DNA of 64,000 nt from Candidatus Indicimonas acetifermentans (GCA_947581815.1 CANPVX010000001.1:31644-95643); one strand, 5' to 3'. Shown: positions 22,623 to 34,752, numbered from the stretch's first letter. Made by a program: numbers and translations. Notes: generated from the sequence alone by a model not told the origin.

Positions 22623-23021
22623 TCAGTGCACGACCGCCAGCAGCTCGCCGCCGACTCCGGCGGCGCGCGCTTCGCGGCCCGTCAAGATCCCTCGACTGGT
22701 CGAGAGAATCGCGATACCCATACCCCCCCGCACGCGGGGGATGTCGGCCACGCCCACGTAGGTACGGCGGCCCGGCTTCGATACGCGACGCAGCGCCCTG
22801 ATCACCGCTTTACCTTCGGGAGTGTATTTCAAGTAAACTCTCAACGTTCCCTGTAGCCCATCGTCGATGATCTTGAAGGCCTCGACGAAGCAGGCGTCAG
22901 CAAGCTTGCGAGTTATCTCCAGCTTCTGCTTGGAGAGTGGGATATCCACGCGCTTGTGTCCCGCGCGTTGCGCGTTGCGCACGCGCGTCAACAAATCGGC
23001 GATCGGATCTGTCATCGTCAT
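22623..23021 (-). CDS. rpsH: 30S ribosomal protein S8
   Basis: MTMTDPIADLLTRVRNAQRAGHKRV. Confidence 0.95.
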   Translation of the reverse strand: MTMTDPIADLLTRVRNAQRAGHKRVDIPLSKQKLEITRKLADACFVEAFKIIDDGLQGTLRVYLKYTPEGKAVIRALRRVSKPGRRTYVGVADIPRVRGGMGIAILSTSRGILTGREARAAGVGGELLAVVH

Positions 23022-23061
23022 CTTAAAAAATCCTACCTGAGCAGCCTGCCGCGTTTACTCT

Positions 23062-23247
23062 CTACCAGCTCGCCTTGCGCACGCCGGGGATCTCCCCGTT
23101 AAGAGCCATCTGCCGAAAGCATATACGGCAGAGCCCGAACTTGCGCAGATAGGCGCGCGCCCGCCCGCAGCGACGGCAGCGCGAGTACTGGCGTACTTTG
23201 AACTTGTTCTTCTTCTTTTGCTTCTCGATCAGAGCTTTACGTGCCAT
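23062..23247 (-). CDS. rpsN: 30S ribosomal protein S14 type Z (zinc-binding)
   Basis: 61 aa; [20 protein letters not shown]. Confidence 0.95.
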   Translation of the reverse strand: MARKALIEKQKKKNKFKVRQYSRCRRCGRARAYLRKFGLCRICFRQMALNGEIPGVRKASW

Positions 23248-23322
23248 CGATTCTTCCAGTCCAAATACTGGCAGCTGCGAGAGATCAGTGACCGGCGCCC
23301 AGTCATTCGTACCGGGCTACTC

Positions 23323-23883
23323 TCACACCAAAACAGGCTCCACCTCTCGGAATGGCATACCCATTTCTCTGAGGAGAGCGAGCGCTTCATCGTCCCTATC
23401 CGTCGAGGTCACTATCGTCAGATCCATCCCATGGATCTTCTGAATTCGATCGTAGTCCACTTCCGGAAAGATCACCTGTTCCTTGATGCCCACGGTGTAG
23501 TTCCCTCGGCCATCGAACGAGCGAGTCGGGAATCCACGAAAGTCGCGGATCCTCGGAACTGCAATACTGATAAAGCGATCCAGGAACTCGTACATGTACC
23601 GGCGGCGGAGCGTCACGCTGACACCCACTGGCATTCCCTCGCGCAAGGAGAAGTTCGAGATAGCCTTTCGCGCGCGGTTCACTACCGGGCGCTGGCCGGA
23701 TATCACTCCTAGAACTTCAACGATCGAGTCCAAGAGCTTCGGCTCGCGGGACGCGTCACCGACTCCCACGTTGATCACGATCTTCTCTACCCACGGCAGT
23801 CTATGTGGGTTGGCGTAGCCTAGCTCCTTGGCGAGCTTGGGCCGTACCTTGCTCTCGTAGTGCTCTTGCAGTCTCGGCTTCAT
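23323..23883 (-). CDS. rplE: 50S ribosomal protein L5
   Basis: MKPRLQEHYESKVRPKLAKELGYANPHRLP. Confidence 0.95.
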   Translation of the reverse strand: MKPRLQEHYESKVRPKLAKELGYANPHRLPWVEKIVINVGVGDASREPKLLDSIVEVLGVISGQRPVVNRARKAISNFSLREGMPVGVSVTLRRRYMYEFLDRFISIAVPRIRDFRGFPTRSFDGRGNYTVGIKEQVIFPEVDYDRIQKIHGMDLTIVTSTDRDDEALALLREMGMPFREVEPVLV

Positions 23884-23914
23884 TTCACGCTACCGTCACT
23901 CGCGTCTCGGCTTG

Positions 23915-24238
23915 TCAGCTTTCCGGCGTCGGAATCGGATTGTCGCAGCGCACGCACAGACGCTCCACCGTACCGTCGGGATCGCGTTTGATCCGAATAC
24001 GGGAACCTGTGCTGCAGTGCGGGCAGACCAGCATCACGTTCGATGCCTCGATGGGCGCCTCGAATGTGACGATTCCGCCCTCCGGGTTTTTCTGCGACGG
24101 ACGCTCGTGCTTTGTCCGCCGGTTGATTCCCTCTACGACGAGCCGGTTCCGCCTTGGAATCACGCGAAGCACACGACCCTCGCTGCCCCGGTAGTTCCCG
24201 GCTATCACTGTGACCCTATCGCCTGTTCTGATTCTCAT
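23915..24238 (-). CDS. rplX: 50S ribosomal protein L24 carrying a C-terminal CxxC...CxxC zinc-ribbon-like tail
   Basis: An N-terminal KOW domain (MRIRTGDRVTVIAGNYRGSEGRV). The C-terminus reads ...VMLVCPHCSTGSRIRIKRDPDGTVERLCVRCDNPI. Confidence 0.9.
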   Translation of the reverse strand: MRIRTGDRVTVIAGNYRGSEGRVLRVIPRRNRLVVEGINRRTKHERPSQKNPEGGIVTFEAPIEASNVMLVCPHCSTGSRIRIKRDPDGTVERLCVRCDNPIPTPES

Positions 24239-24288
24239 AGCGTTACGTTCTTAGGCGCCTGCTCATGCGCTCCCGCCTGATGCGCCGC

Positions 24289-24657
24289 TTAAACGACCTC
24301 GGGCGCCAAGGAGACGATCTTCATGAAGCGCTTGTCCCTAAGCTCCCGGCCGACCGGTCCGAAGATTCGCGTCGCAAGGGGCTCGCCTTGATCAGTAATC
24401 AACACGGCGGCATTGTCGTCGAAGCGTATATACGAGCCGTCTCGGCGCCGCTGCTCCCTTGCGGTCCGCACGACCACCGCCTTGGTGACTTCACCTTTCT
24501 TGATCGTACTGGTCGGCAAGGCAACCTTGATCGTGACCACGATCACGTCACCGAGTCTGGCATAGCGGCGCCCGCTGCCGCCAAGCACACGTATGCAGAG
24601 TGCCTCTTTGGCGCCCGAGTTGTCGGTGACCCGCACAATGGATTCTTGCTGAATCAT
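24289..24657 (-). CDS. rplN: 50S ribosomal protein L14
   Basis: [28 protein letters not shown]. Confidence 0.95.
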   Translation of the reverse strand: MIQQESIVRVTDNSGAKEALCIRVLGGSGRRYARLGDVIVVTIKVALPTSTIKKGEVTKAVVVRTAREQRRRDGSYIRFDDNAAVLITDQGEPLATRIFGPVGRELRDKRFMKIVSLAPEVV

Positions 24658-24711
24658 TTCGCTCTTGGATTTGCCGCCTACCTGCTATCCTGCAACGATC
24701 CGTAGCGCCCC

Positions 24712-24966
24712 CTAGTCCGGGCGCCTGATGATCTCGCCTAACCGCCATCGTTTTTGCTTGGACAGCGGCCTCGTCTCGACGATACTCACTACATCGCCAG
24801 CGCGCGCCTTGTTCTCCTCATCGTGCGCATAATACTTCTTGTGGCGCGTCACCTGTTTTCCATAGAGCGGGTGGGCAAAGCGTCTCTCCACGCTGACCAC
24901 GATGGTCTTGTCCATCGCGTCGCTTACTACCGCTCCCACGCGCGTCTTACGTCGACTCCGGGGCAT
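24712..24966 (-). CDS. rpsQ: 30S ribosomal protein S17
   Basis: [27 protein letters not shown]. Confidence 0.95.
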   Translation of the reverse strand: MPRSRRKTRVGAVVSDAMDKTIVVSVERRFAHPLYGKQVTRHKKYYAHDEENKARAGDVVSIVETRPLSKQKRWRLGEIIRRPD

Positions 24967-24972
24967 GCTTGC

Positions 24973-25185
24973 TTAGCTCTCCTCGGCCCCCGCGCGCTCT
25001 AGCTCGCGCTCGCGTTTGACCGTCATCACTCTTGCCTTGTCTCGGCGCAGATGGCGTATCTGCATAGGGTTCTCAAGCTGCTCGTGCGCTCCCCGCATTC
25101 GGAGATTGAACAGCTCGTCCGCCATCTGGTTGATCTGCTGGTCGAGCTCTACGTCGCTCATGTCCCGCATATCCTCGATTTTCAT
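24973..25185 (-). CDS. rpmC: 50S ribosomal protein L29
   Basis: SDVELDQQINQMADELFNLRMRGAHEQLENP. Confidence 0.9.
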   Translation of the reverse strand: MKIEDMRDMSDVELDQQINQMADELFNLRMRGAHEQLENPMQIRHLRRDKARVMTVKRERELERAGAEES

Positions 25186-25186
25186 A

Positions 25187-25603
25187 TCACAGGCCTCCCG
25201 ACCGGCTCACGAAGCGCGTCCTTACCGGCAGCTTCGCCGCCGCAAGCTGCATCGCCCGCCGCGCGATCGGCTCGGGAACGCCTTCGAGCTCGAACAGCAC
25301 TCGGCCCGGCTTGATCACCGCGACCCAGGCGTCGGGCGTGGCCTTGCCTTTCCCCATCCGCGTCTCCGCCGGCTTCTTACCGACCGGCTTGTCCGGGAAA
25401 ATCCGAATGAACACTTTGCCCCCGCGGCGGATGTGCCGGGTCATCGCCACTCGAGCTGCCTCGATCTGTCGGGCGGTGAGCCAAGCACGATCGAGCGACT
25501 GCAGGCCGAACTGGCCGAACGCCACTTTGGTGCCCCGCGTTGCGGCGCCTCGGATCCGGCCCTTCTGTTGCTTGCGCCACTTGACGCGCTTGGGTGCGAG
25601 CAT
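25187..25603 (-). CDS. rplP: 50S ribosomal protein L16
   Basis: [24 protein letters not shown]. Confidence 0.95.
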   Translation of the reverse strand: MLAPKRVKWRKQQKGRIRGAATRGTKVAFGQFGLQSLDRAWLTARQIEAARVAMTRHIRRGGKVFIRIFPDKPVGKKPAETRMGKGKATPDAWVAVIKPGRVLFELEGVPEPIARRAMQLAAAKLPVRTRFVSRSGGL

Positions 25604-25628
25604 GTCAGTCTATCTACCTATCCGATTG

Positions 25629-26297
25629 TCAAGCTCCGCGGCCGCCGGCGGTGTATGTCGTCCCGGCCCGCTCCTCCACCACCTCGCCCTTGAAGACCCA
25701 AACTTTGACTCCGATCGGCCCGAAGGTCGTCTTGGCCGTGGATAGCGCGTAATCGATATCTGCTCGGAGCGTATGAAGTGGTACGCGACCCTCATTGTAG
25801 CCTTCCGTGCGCGCTATCTCAGAGCCACCCAGGCGACCGCTCGCCTGTATCTTGATCCCAGCCGCGCCCATGCGCATAGCTTGCTGAACCGCACGCTTCA
25901 TGGCTCGTCGGAAAGCGATGCGCTGTACGAGCTGGTGTGCCACATTATCAGCCAGTAGTTGTGCGTCCAGTTCCGGCCTCTTGATTTCCTCGACGTTGAT
26001 CGCCACCTCGGCGCTCGTGAGGACGGCGAGCTCGTCACGCAGCTTGTCCACTTCCGCACCACGCTTGCCGATCACGACGCCCGGGCGACCCGTGTTGATA
26101 GTGACCACGATCTTACCAGGCTTCCGTTCGATCTCCACAGAGGAGATCGCCGCGTGGCCGAGTCGGGCCTTCAGGTAGTTGCGGACCTTCTCGTCCTCTT
26201 CGATCAGATCCGCCAGCGATCCTTCCGCGTACCAGCGCGACTTCCAATCTCTGATGACGCCCAGACGAAAGCCTAACGGATGCGTTTTCTGACCCAT
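25629..26297 (-). CDS. rpsC: 30S ribosomal protein S3
   Basis: [24 protein letters not shown]. Confidence 0.95.
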   Translation of the reverse strand: MGQKTHPLGFRLGVIRDWKSRWYAEGSLADLIEEDEKVRNYLKARLGHAAISSVEIERKPGKIVVTINTGRPGVVIGKRGAEVDKLRDELAVLTSAEVAINVEEIKRPELDAQLLADNVAHQLVQRIAFRRAMKRAVQQAMRMGAAGIKIQASGRLGGSEIARTEGYNEGRVPLHTLRADIDYALSTAKTTFGPIGVKVWVFKGEVVEERAGTTYTAGGRGA

Positions 26298-26298
26298 T

Positions 26299-26649
26299 CT
26301 ACTCCTTTCGATCCACGACCACGGTGACGTGGCTGGTCCGCTTGTGAATCGGGGAGGCGCGACCCATGGCTCTGGCCCGCCATCGCTTCAAGGTCGGGCC
26401 TTCGTCCACGCACGCCGTCTTCACATACAACTCGTCCGTATCGAGGCGCTCACCCTGCTCGTCCGCCGCGACCAGCGCGTTGGCCACAGCCGATCTCAAA
26501 GTCTTTTCCACGACCTCCGCCGCCTTCTTCTGGGCGAACCGGAGGATGGCGTAGGCCTCGTTGACGTCCTTGCCACGGATGAGGTCGATCACCAAACGTA
26601 TCTTGCGCGGTGACTGCCTCACATAGCGCGCCTTCGCCCGTGCCTGCAT
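26299..26649 (-). CDS. rplV: 50S ribosomal protein L22
   Basis: [27 protein letters not shown]. The true start is the internal ATG, 2 nt downstream of the rpsS stop; the track start at 26724 is over-extended. Confidence 0.9.
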   Translation of the reverse strand: MQARAKARYVRQSPRKIRLVIDLIRGKDVNEAYAILRFAQKKAAEVVEKTLRSAVANALVAADEQGERLDTDELYVKTACVDEGPTLKRWRARAMGRASPIHKRTSHVTVVVDRKE

Positions 26650-26653
26650 CGTC

Positions 26654-26938
26654 TCAGACCTTCGCTCGCTTGTCCGCCAGCCTGCCGCTGTGGCCCCTGA
26701 AAAGACGCGTGGGCGCGAACTCACCCAGCTTGTGGCCCACCATATTCTCGGTGATATACACCGGAATGAACTTGTTGCCGTTGTGCACGGCCAGCGTTAG
26801 CCCGACAAACTCCGGCGTTATCGTCGACCGGCGTGACCACGTCTTGATCACCTTTTTCTGGCCGCTCTCGTTCATCATAGCGACCTTGCGATACAGGTGG
26901 TCATCGACAAACGGGCCCTTCTTAACGCTTCTCGCCAT
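26654..26938 (-). CDS. rpsS: 30S ribosomal protein S19
   Basis: [19 protein letters not shown]...[11 protein letters not shown]. Confidence 0.95.
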   Translation of the reverse strand: MARSVKKGPFVDDHLYRKVAMMNESGQKKVIKTWSRRSTITPEFVGLTLAVHNGNKFIPVYITENMVGHKLGEFAPTRLFRGHSGRLADKRAKV

Positions 26939-26975
26939 AGTTCCTCGGTATTCGCTCCGGGCCGCTCGTTGATGG

Positions 26976-27815
26976 TTACCGAGTCGCCTTACCGCGACGA
27001 CGGCGGCGCACGATCATCGAGTTCGATTTCTTATGCGGATCGCGCGTCTTTGGGCCTTCCGGCTTGCCCCACGGAGTGACCGGGGGTCGGCCGCCCGACG
27101 CCTTCCCCTCTCCACCACCGAGCGGGTGATCCACCGGGTTCATCGCCACACCTCGGACCTTCGGCCGCCGGCCAAGCCAGCGGCTGCGTCCGGCTTTCCC
27201 CCACGAGATGTTCTCGTGATCGACGTTGCCGACCTGTCCGATCGTCGCTACGCACTCCGCGGGCACCATCCGAACCTCCGTCGAGGGTAGCTTGACGGTC
27301 ACATGCCGGCCTTCCTTGGCAACGACCTGCGCGCCCGAGCCGGCAGATCTGACCATCGCGCCACCCCGCCCAGGGACCAGTTCGATGTTGTGCACGGTGG
27401 TACCGAGCGGGATCTCCTTGAGCGGTAGCGCGTTCCCCGTACGCACATCGCTCCCAGGACCCGCCAAGACCTTGTCGCCAACCGATAGGCCGCGGGGATG
27501 AAGGATGTACCGCTTAGCGCCGTCTGCGTAGTGGATCAACGCGATGTTCGCCGAGCGGTTCGGGTCGTACTCGACCGCAGCGACTACTCCGGGCACGGCG
27601 TGCTTATCGCGCCGGAAGTCGATCCGGCGATAGCGTCGCTTGTGACCACCGCCGCGGTGACGCGAAGTGACGCGGCCCTGATTGTTGCGACCTCCCTTCT
27701 GTGCCAGCGGCTCGAGCAGAGACTTCTCGGGCTTCTCGCGCGTGATCTCTTCACGCGTGACCACCGACCGGAACCTCGTGCCCGGCGAGGTAGGCTTGAA
27801 CTTCTTGACGCCCAT
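26976..27815 (-). CDS. rplB: 50S ribosomal protein L2
   Basis: [25 protein letters not shown]. Confidence 0.95.
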   Translation of the reverse strand: MGVKKFKPTSPGTRFRSVVTREEITREKPEKSLLEPLAQKGGRNNQGRVTSRHRGGGHKRRYRRIDFRRDKHAVPGVVAAVEYDPNRSANIALIHYADGAKRYILHPRGLSVGDKVLAGPGSDVRTGNALPLKEIPLGTTVHNIELVPGRGGAMVRSAGSGAQVVAKEGRHVTVKLPSTEVRMVPAECVATIGQVGNVDHENISWGKAGRSRWLGRRPKVRGVAMNPVDHPLGGGEGKASGGRPPVTPWGKPEGPKTRDPHKKSNSMIVRRRRRGKATR

Positions 27816-28103
27816 CTAGAGCCCCTCGACCTCGATCGACTGCCCTTCGGCGAGTTGGACGACCGCTTTCTTCCAATTCGGCTGCCTTCCGACGTGTCTA
27901 CCCCGGCGACGCCACTTCCCTCGCTGATTCGAGATGCGAACGCCCTTCACGTTTACCGAGAAAAGCCGCTCGATTGCGCGTTTGACTTCGTGCTTGTTGG
28001 CCTCGCGGATGACCTCAAACGAGAATTTGCCGAGAGTCATCTCCTGAGCCGAGGTTTTCTCCGTCACGATCTGTCGCACGACGACAGCCCTCGGATCACG
28101 CAT
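27816..28103 (-). CDS. rplW: 50S ribosomal protein L23
   Basis: MRDPRAVVVRQIVTEKTSAQE. The true start is probably the internal ATG overlapping the rplD stop; the track start at 28166 is over-extended. Confidence 0.85.
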   Translation of the reverse strand: MRDPRAVVVRQIVTEKTSAQEMTLGKFSFEVIREANKHEVKRAIERLFSVNVKGVRISNQRGKWRRRGRHVGRQPNWKKAVVQLAEGQSIEVEGL

Positions 28104-28800
28104 CTTCGTTCTCAGCCGCAGCGGGCGCCGCCGCCGCGTCCTCGACCGGCCCATCGGCGTCCGCACGCGGCGCGCCGCCCGTCAAGGCCCCTTCCTCGAT
28201 CAAAAGGCAGTCCGCCCAGAGAACGTCATAAGTCGACTCGTGCCCGTATCGCTTCACTTGCAGGTTGGGCACGTTCCGAGCCGACAGGTAGACCTTGGAT
28301 TCGTCCGCGGCGGTCAAGATCAGCACCTTATCGTCCCCAAGCCCCAGCTTGTCCAGCAACTTGATCAACTGGCGAGTCTTGGGTTCTTCCATAGCGAACG
28401 CCTCGAGAACGACGACGCGATCCTCCGCCGCCCGAGCGTTGAACGCCGACCTGCGAGCAAGCCGCTGCACTTTCTTCGGTAGCGTCTGCCGGTAGTCGCG
28501 GGGAATCGGGGGAAACACGATTGCCCCGCCACGCCATATCGGCGACCGAATAGTGCCAGCACGCGCTCGCCCGGTTCCTTTCTGCCGAAAGGGCTTTCGA
28601 CCGCCGCCTGTGATCACCGCCCTGTTCTTAGCCGACGCGGTTCCCTGACGCTGGTTCGCCAGATAGGCTTTGACGGCCGCGTAGATCGCTCGCTCGTGCA
28701 CCACGCCGTCGAACGGGTCGGCGGGCAGAGAATACTTCTTGCCGGCCGCCCCGGTGGCTTTGTAGTAACGTGCTTTCAGCAGAGCCGTCATCTCAGTCAA
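28096..28800 (-). CDS. rplD: 50S ribosomal protein L4 (with an acidic C-terminal tail)
   Basis: ARAGTIRSPIWRGGAIVFPP; the tail reads ADADGPVEDAAAAPAAAENEDA. Confidence 0.95.
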   Translation of the reverse strand: MTEMTALLKARYYKATGAAGKKYSLPADPFDGVVHERAIYAAVKAYLANQRQGTASAKNRAVITGGGRKPFRQKGTGRARAGTIRSPIWRGGAIVFPPIPRDYRQTLPKKVQRLARRSAFNARAAEDRVVVLEAFAMEEPKTRQLIKLLDKLGLGDDKVLILTAADESKVYLSARNVPNLQVKRYGHESTYDVLWADCLLIEEGALTGGAPRADADGPVEDAAAAPAAAENEDA

Positions 28801-28856
28801 TCATCAACTATTCGGCAGCACGAGTCATTCACGGCTGCTCAACCCAACGCCTTCTC

Positions 28857-29648
28857 TTATTGCTTCCTGATGAAAACCCAGCCGTTTGGCGCACCTGGAA
28901 CGGAGCCTCTCACAAATATCAGGTTCCGCTCGGGGTCGATCTTGACCACATCCAGGTTACGGAGCGTTCGGCGCTTCCCGCCCATGCGGCCAGCCATCTT
29001 CCGCCCCTTGATCACGCGCGAGGGATCCGTGCCGGAGCCGATCGATCCGGGCACTCTCGAAAACGGGTGGCCGTGGCTCTTCGGAAAACCCGCGAAACGG
29101 TGGCGTTTCACCACTCCCTGGAAGCCGCGCCCTTTCGTATCGCCTGTGACACGGATCCGCTCACCGGGCTCGAAGATAGACACCGTCAGAACCTGACCGA
29201 CTCGCAGGCCGGCACGGGGATCGGCGATCTCGGGACTAGCGGCCTCACCTACGGTCGCATCGGCTTCAGCCGCCGCATCGCTCCCGCCTTCTTCGCCTTC
29301 TCCCGCCTCATCGTCATCTACCGGAGCCGAGGCCTCGCTCACCGCCGCCGGAACGGGTGAGTGAGGGTCATCGGCCAGGGAATCATCATCGCCGAGCGGG
29401 AACTCACGCAGCATGGCCGGCACGTAGTCCAGGCTCGCCTTCGCGGCGTGACCGGTTTCGGGCTTCCCGCTGCGTCGCGGCTTCTTGGCTCCAAAGCCGA
29501 GCTGAACCGCCCGATAGCCGTCGCGCTCTTCCGTCCTCACCTGTACGATCGGGCAGGGGCCCGCCTGTATCGCCGTTACCGGAATAATGGCCCCGGTCTC
29601 GTCGAACAGCTGAGTCATCCCGATTTTTTTACCGATCAGTCCCAACAT
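28857..29648 (-). CDS. rplC: 50S ribosomal protein L3 (with an acidic low-complexity insertion of about 55 aa)
   Basis: MLGLIGKKIGMTQLFDETGAIIPVTAI...; 263 aa against a usual length near 210. Confidence 0.95.
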   Translation of the reverse strand: MLGLIGKKIGMTQLFDETGAIIPVTAIQAGPCPIVQVRTEERDGYRAVQLGFGAKKPRRSGKPETGHAAKASLDYVPAMLREFPLGDDDSLADDPHSPVPAAVSEASAPVDDDEAGEGEEGGSDAAAEADATVGEAASPEIADPRAGLRVGQVLTVSIFEPGERIRVTGDTKGRGFQGVVKRHRFAGFPKSHGHPFSRVPGSIGSGTDPSRVIKGRKMAGRMGGKRRTLRNLDVVKIDPERNLIFVRGSVPGAPNGWVFIRKQ

Positions 29649-29656
29649 TCTTCGCC

Positions 29657-29968
29657 CTAGGACTCTACCTTGATCTCTACATCAACCCCGGCCGGCAGGT
29701 CGAGCTTCGTGAGCGCGTCCACCGTCTGCGGCTTGCTGTCGATTATGTCGATGACCCGCTTGTGGGTCTTGAGCTCGAACTGTTCGCGAGACTTTTTGTC
29801 CACGTGCGGACTTCTGAGCACCGTCCAGCGCTGTCGCCGCGTTGGCAGCGGCACCGGACCCCTCACGGTCGCGCCAGTCTTCTGGGCTGTGCGCACGATG
29901 TCCGCCGCCGTCTGGTCCAAGACGGCGTGATCGAACGCCTTCAGCCTAATCCGGATCTTATCGGACAT
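29657..29968 (-). CDS. rpsJ: 30S ribosomal protein S10
   Basis: [33 protein letters not shown]. Confidence 0.95.
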   Translation of the reverse strand: MSDKIRIRLKAFDHAVLDQTAADIVRTAQKTGATVRGPVPLPTRRQRWTVLRSPHVDKKSREQFELKTHKRVIDIIDSKPQTVDALTKLDLPAGVDVEIKVES

Positions 29969-30008
29969 TACCTAATCGCGACCGTCGCCCCTCAATAGTG
30001 GTCCGCAA

Positions 30009-31202
<1,194 letters not shown>

Positions 31203-31246
31203 CCTATCTCCTCGTTCCCGTCGCGGTACCGCGTACCGTGCCTAAG

Positions 31247-33364
31247 CTACGATCCAACGGCCGCCGCGGCCGTTCCGCGGTTAAGAATCTCGTCGGCTTT
31301 CTGCTTAGGAACATCACTGTAGAGAGAGAACTGCATGGTAAACACGGCACGACCCTGGCTCAGTGAGCGCAGGGTCGTCGAATAACCGAACATCTCGGCC
31401 AGCGGTACGCTGGCCCCAATGATCTGAGCGTCGCCGCGCTGGGTCATGCCCCCGATCTTACCGCGGCGGCTGCTCAGCTCGCCGACGACGTTGCCCAGAT
31501 ACTCTTCGGGTGTGACCACCTCGACATCCATGATCGGCTCGAGGAGCACGGGGTTCGCGCCACGCACCGCCTCGCGGAGGGCCATCGAGCCCGCGATCTT
31601 GAAAGCGATCTCCGAAGAGTCGACATCGTGATGCGACCCGTCGATCAGCTCGATCCGGATATCGACCATCGGGTAGCCCGCGAGCACACCGGCATCCATG
31701 GCCTCGCGGACGCCCTGCTCGACAGCTCCGATGTACTCCCGAGGGATGGAGCCGCCCACGATCTTGTCCTCGAACGTTAGGCCGCTGCCCGGCTCGCCGG
31801 GATCGACGTTCAGCACAACGTGGCCGTACTGCCCACGCCCACCCGTCTGCCGGATGTATTTCCCTTCGACGTCGTGCGCCGGTTTGCGGATCGTCTCCCG
31901 GTAAGCAACCTGCGGGCGACCGACGTTGGCGTCGACCTTGAACTCGCGGCGCATACGGTCGACGATGATCTCCAGGTGGAGCTCGCCCATCCCCGAGATG
32001 ATCGTCTGCCCCGTCTCCGGATCCGTATGGACTTTGAAGGTGGGGTCCTCCTCAGCCAGCTTCTGGAGCGCTTTGCTGAGCTTCTCTTCATCAATCTTCG
32101 TCTTCGGCTCAATGGCCACAGCGATCACTGGCTCGAGGAATTTCATCGCCTCAAGGATGATCGGCTGGTCCTGATCGCTCAGCGTCTCGCCCGTTTTCGT
32201 GTGCTTGAGACCGATCGCCGCACAGATGTCGCCTGCGTACACGTGATCTCGCTCTTCTCGCTTATCGGCGTGCATCTGCAGGAGGCGGCCGATACGCTCC
32301 CTCTTACCCGTGGAAGCGTTCAACACATAGGAACCCGCCTGGACTGAACCACTATAGACACGCAGGTACGTCAGCCGGCCCACGTAGGGATCGGTCGCGA
32401 TTTTGAAGGCTAGGGCGCTGAACGGTGCTTCGTCGCTGGCTAATCGAGTGATCGTCTGCTCATCATGATGGGGCAGGTGGCCATTGATCGCCTTGACATC
32501 GAGCGGCGACGGAAGAAAATCCAACACGGCGTCCAGCAGCTGCGGCACCCCTTTGTTCCTGAAGGCGGAGCCACACAAAACAGGCGTGAGATGGCTCGCG
32601 ACCGTGGCGTTGCGAACAGCGAGACGGATCTCATCCTCGCTCAACGAATTCTCATCCTCGAGGTACTTTTCGAGCAATTCCTCGTCGTGTTCTACCGCTG
32701 CTTCCAGCAGCTCGTGCCGCAGCACAGCGATCTTATCCTTGAGCCCCTCCGGTACGGGGCCTTCGGTCCACTCCGCGCCCAACGACTTCTCGTCGTATAC
32801 GAGCGAGACCCCTCGGATCACATCGATGATTCCTGTGAACAGCTCGCCGGAACCAAGGGGGTATTGAACGGCGAACGCCGGCGCGCCCAATCGGTCCCGC
32901 ATCATTTGGACGACGTTGTCGAAGTCGGCTCCGACGCGGTCCATCTTATTGACGAAGGCGATGCGCGGGACTCCATAGCGATCGGCCTGTCGCCAGACCG
33001 TCTCCGACTGGGGCTCGACGCCACCCACCGCGCAAAAGAGGGCTAAGGCGCCATCGAGGACGCGGAGGCTCCGCTCAACCTCGGCCGTGAAGTCCACATG
33101 GCCCGGCGTGTCGATGATGTTGACCCGATACTCGAGCCCACCCTTCTCCCAAAACGCCGTCGTCGCGGCCGAGGTGATCGTGATTCCTCGTTCCTTTTCC
33201 TGCTCCATCCAGTCCATCACCGTGTCGCCATGATGGACTTCGCCCATCCGATGCACCCGTCCGGTGTAATACAGGATGCGCTCAGTCGTCGTCGTCTTAC
33301 CGGCATCGATGTGCGCCGTGATGCCGATATTACGAAGTCTCTCTAGAGGTACTCTCCTCGCCAT
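31247..33364 (-). CDS. fusA: Elongation factor G
   Basis: [24 protein letters not shown]...; 705 aa. Confidence 0.97.
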   Translation of the reverse strand: MARRVPLERLRNIGITAHIDAGKTTTTERILYYTGRVHRMGEVHHGDTVMDWMEQEKERGITITSAATTAFWEKGGLEYRVNIIDTPGHVDFTAEVERSLRVLDGALALFCAVGGVEPQSETVWRQADRYGVPRIAFVNKMDRVGADFDNVVQMMRDRLGAPAFAVQYPLGSGELFTGIIDVIRGVSLVYDEKSLGAEWTEGPVPEGLKDKIAVLRHELLEAAVEHDEELLEKYLEDENSLSEDEIRLAVRNATVASHLTPVLCGSAFRNKGVPQLLDAVLDFLPSPLDVKAINGHLPHHDEQTITRLASDEAPFSALAFKIATDPYVGRLTYLRVYSGSVQAGSYVLNASTGKRERIGRLLQMHADKREERDHVYAGDICAAIGLKHTKTGETLSDQDQPIILEAMKFLEPVIAVAIEPKTKIDEEKLSKALQKLAEEDPTFKVHTDPETGQTIISGMGELHLEIIVDRMRREFKVDANVGRPQVAYRETIRKPAHDVEGKYIRQTGGRGQYGHVVLNVDPGEPGSGLTFEDKIVGGSIPREYIGAVEQGVREAMDAGVLAGYPMVDIRIELIDGSHHDVDSSEIAFKIAGSMALREAVRGANPVLLEPIMDVEVVTPEEYLGNVVGELSSRRGKIGGMTQRGDAQIIGASVPLAEMFGYSTTLRSLSQGRAVFTMQFSLYSDVPKQKADEILNRGTAAAAVGS

Positions 33365-33502
33365 TTTTCTACCGGTACGTCCTCATCTTGTCTCTCAGAA
33401 GACGATCAAAGACCAACGACGTTGATCGCCCAAAAAGCGCCCTCTGCAACGCTCATACATTCGATCGTCAGTCGAGCGTCCCTATAGATAGAATCGCTCG
33501 GG

Positions 33503-33973
33503 CTACCATCGGTAGTGTGCGAACGCCTTGTTGGCCTCGGCCATGCGATGCACATCTTCCTTTTTCTTCACCGCAGATCCTTCGTTCCGGCTGGCCGCGA
33601 TTAGCTCGCCAGCCAGTCGCTCGGCCATCGTTCGCTCACTGCGAGCTCGCGCTGCAGCAACCATCCAGCGGCGCGCGAGCGCCTCGCGCCGGCCTGGCCC
33701 AACTTCGATCGGAACCTGGTAAGTTGCCCCGCCAACCCTACGGCTTTTCACCTCGAGCACCGGCTTCGCGTTGTTGAACGCCTGCTGATAGATGTTCATC
33801 GCAGGCTGTCCGGTCCGCTCCTCGATCAGCCGCATCGCGCTATAGAAGAGCGACTCAGCCACAGACTTCTTGCCATCCGTCATCAACACGTTGACAAACT
33901 TCGTGACCGAATCGCTGGCGTACTTTGGATCCAGAGGGATCGGTCTCTGAACCGCTTTCTGTCTCCTGGACAT
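33503..33973 (-). CDS. rpsG: 30S ribosomal protein S7
   Basis: [28 protein letters not shown]. Confidence 0.95.
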   Translation of the reverse strand: MSRRQKAVQRPIPLDPKYASDSVTKFVNVLMTDGKKSVAESLFYSAMRLIEERTGQPAMNIYQQAFNNAKPVLEVKSRRVGGATYQVPIEVGPGRREALARRWMVAAARARSERTMAERLAGELIAASRNEGSAVKKKEDVHRMAEANKAFAHYRW

Positions 33974-34031
33974 AGCCTCCCAGCTCTACATTCGAGCGGT
34001 CGACCCTGACCGCTGTGTCAACCTGTGGGGA

Positions 34032-34403
34032 TTATTTCGGTCGTTTGGCCCCGTACTTACTCCGACTCTTCTTCCGGTCCGACACGCCCGCAGCGTCCAA
34101 CGTGCCACGCACAATATGGTAGCGAACGCCGGGCAAGTCTTTGACTCGGCCACCCCGGATGAGCACGATAGAGTGCTCCTGGAGGTTGTGGCCCTCCCCC
34201 GGTATGTAAGCCGTCACCTCATAGCCGTTGGTCAGCCGCACGCGAGCCACTTTCCGGAGAGCCGAGTTCGGCTTCTTCGGCGTAGTTGTGTACACGCGCG
34301 TGCAGACACCCCGCTTCTGGGGGCTCGCTTCGAGAGCAGGCGCCTTATCCTTCTTCGCGGCGCTTTTGCGGCCTATCCTGACCAGTTGGCTAATCGTTGG
34401 CAT
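34032..34403 (-). CDS. rpsL: 30S ribosomal protein S12
   Basis: [51 protein letters not shown]. Confidence 0.97.
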   Translation of the reverse strand: MPTISQLVRIGRKSAAKKDKAPALEASPQKRGVCTRVYTTTPKKPNSALRKVARVRLTNGYEVTAYIPGEGHNLQEHSIVLIRGGRVKDLPGVRYHIVRGTLDAAGVSDRKKSRSKYGAKRPK

Positions 34404-34450
34404 ACATCACTCTCGCCCGTCGCCAGCGCGGGACGGACATAACCTACCCA

Positions 34451-34482
34451 CGAAATAAAGCCGGGGACGCCGTCGCCCCCGA
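34451..34482 (-). promoter_or_regulatory. Hairpin followed by a U-run in the rpsL 5' leader (candidate attenuator or leader structure)
   Basis: The minus-strand transcript reads gucgggg-gcgacggcgu-ccccggc (7-bp stem including one G.U pair) followed by uuuauuucgug. Confidence 0.35.
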
Positions 34483-34664
34483 CGCGGTTAAGGTAAGCGG
34501 ATTTCCAAATCTTCGGCAGACTGCCGAACTTAGGCCTATCCCTCGGCTTCGTCAAGCCCCTGACGATGCGGGCTTTTGGTCCTCTTTCGGGCCCTCGGCC
34601 GCGCCGCTCCAAACGGGCGAAGAACACCCGAAGCGACCCGCCCTCGCGGTGTCTCTTGTCACAT

Positions 34665-34720
34665 CACATGACAATATTAAATTCATGACGCCCCGGAGAA
34701 ACCCAGCCCCGGGGCGTCAT
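34665..34720 (-). terminator. Probable intrinsic terminator after rpoC
   Basis: A perfect 12-bp inverted repeat, tgacgccccgg ... ccggggcgtca (34685-34720), followed on the transcript by ugaauuuaauauugu. Confidence 0.6.
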
Positions 34721-34752
34721 CTACAGTACAGAATTCTTCAGCCGGACTCCCG

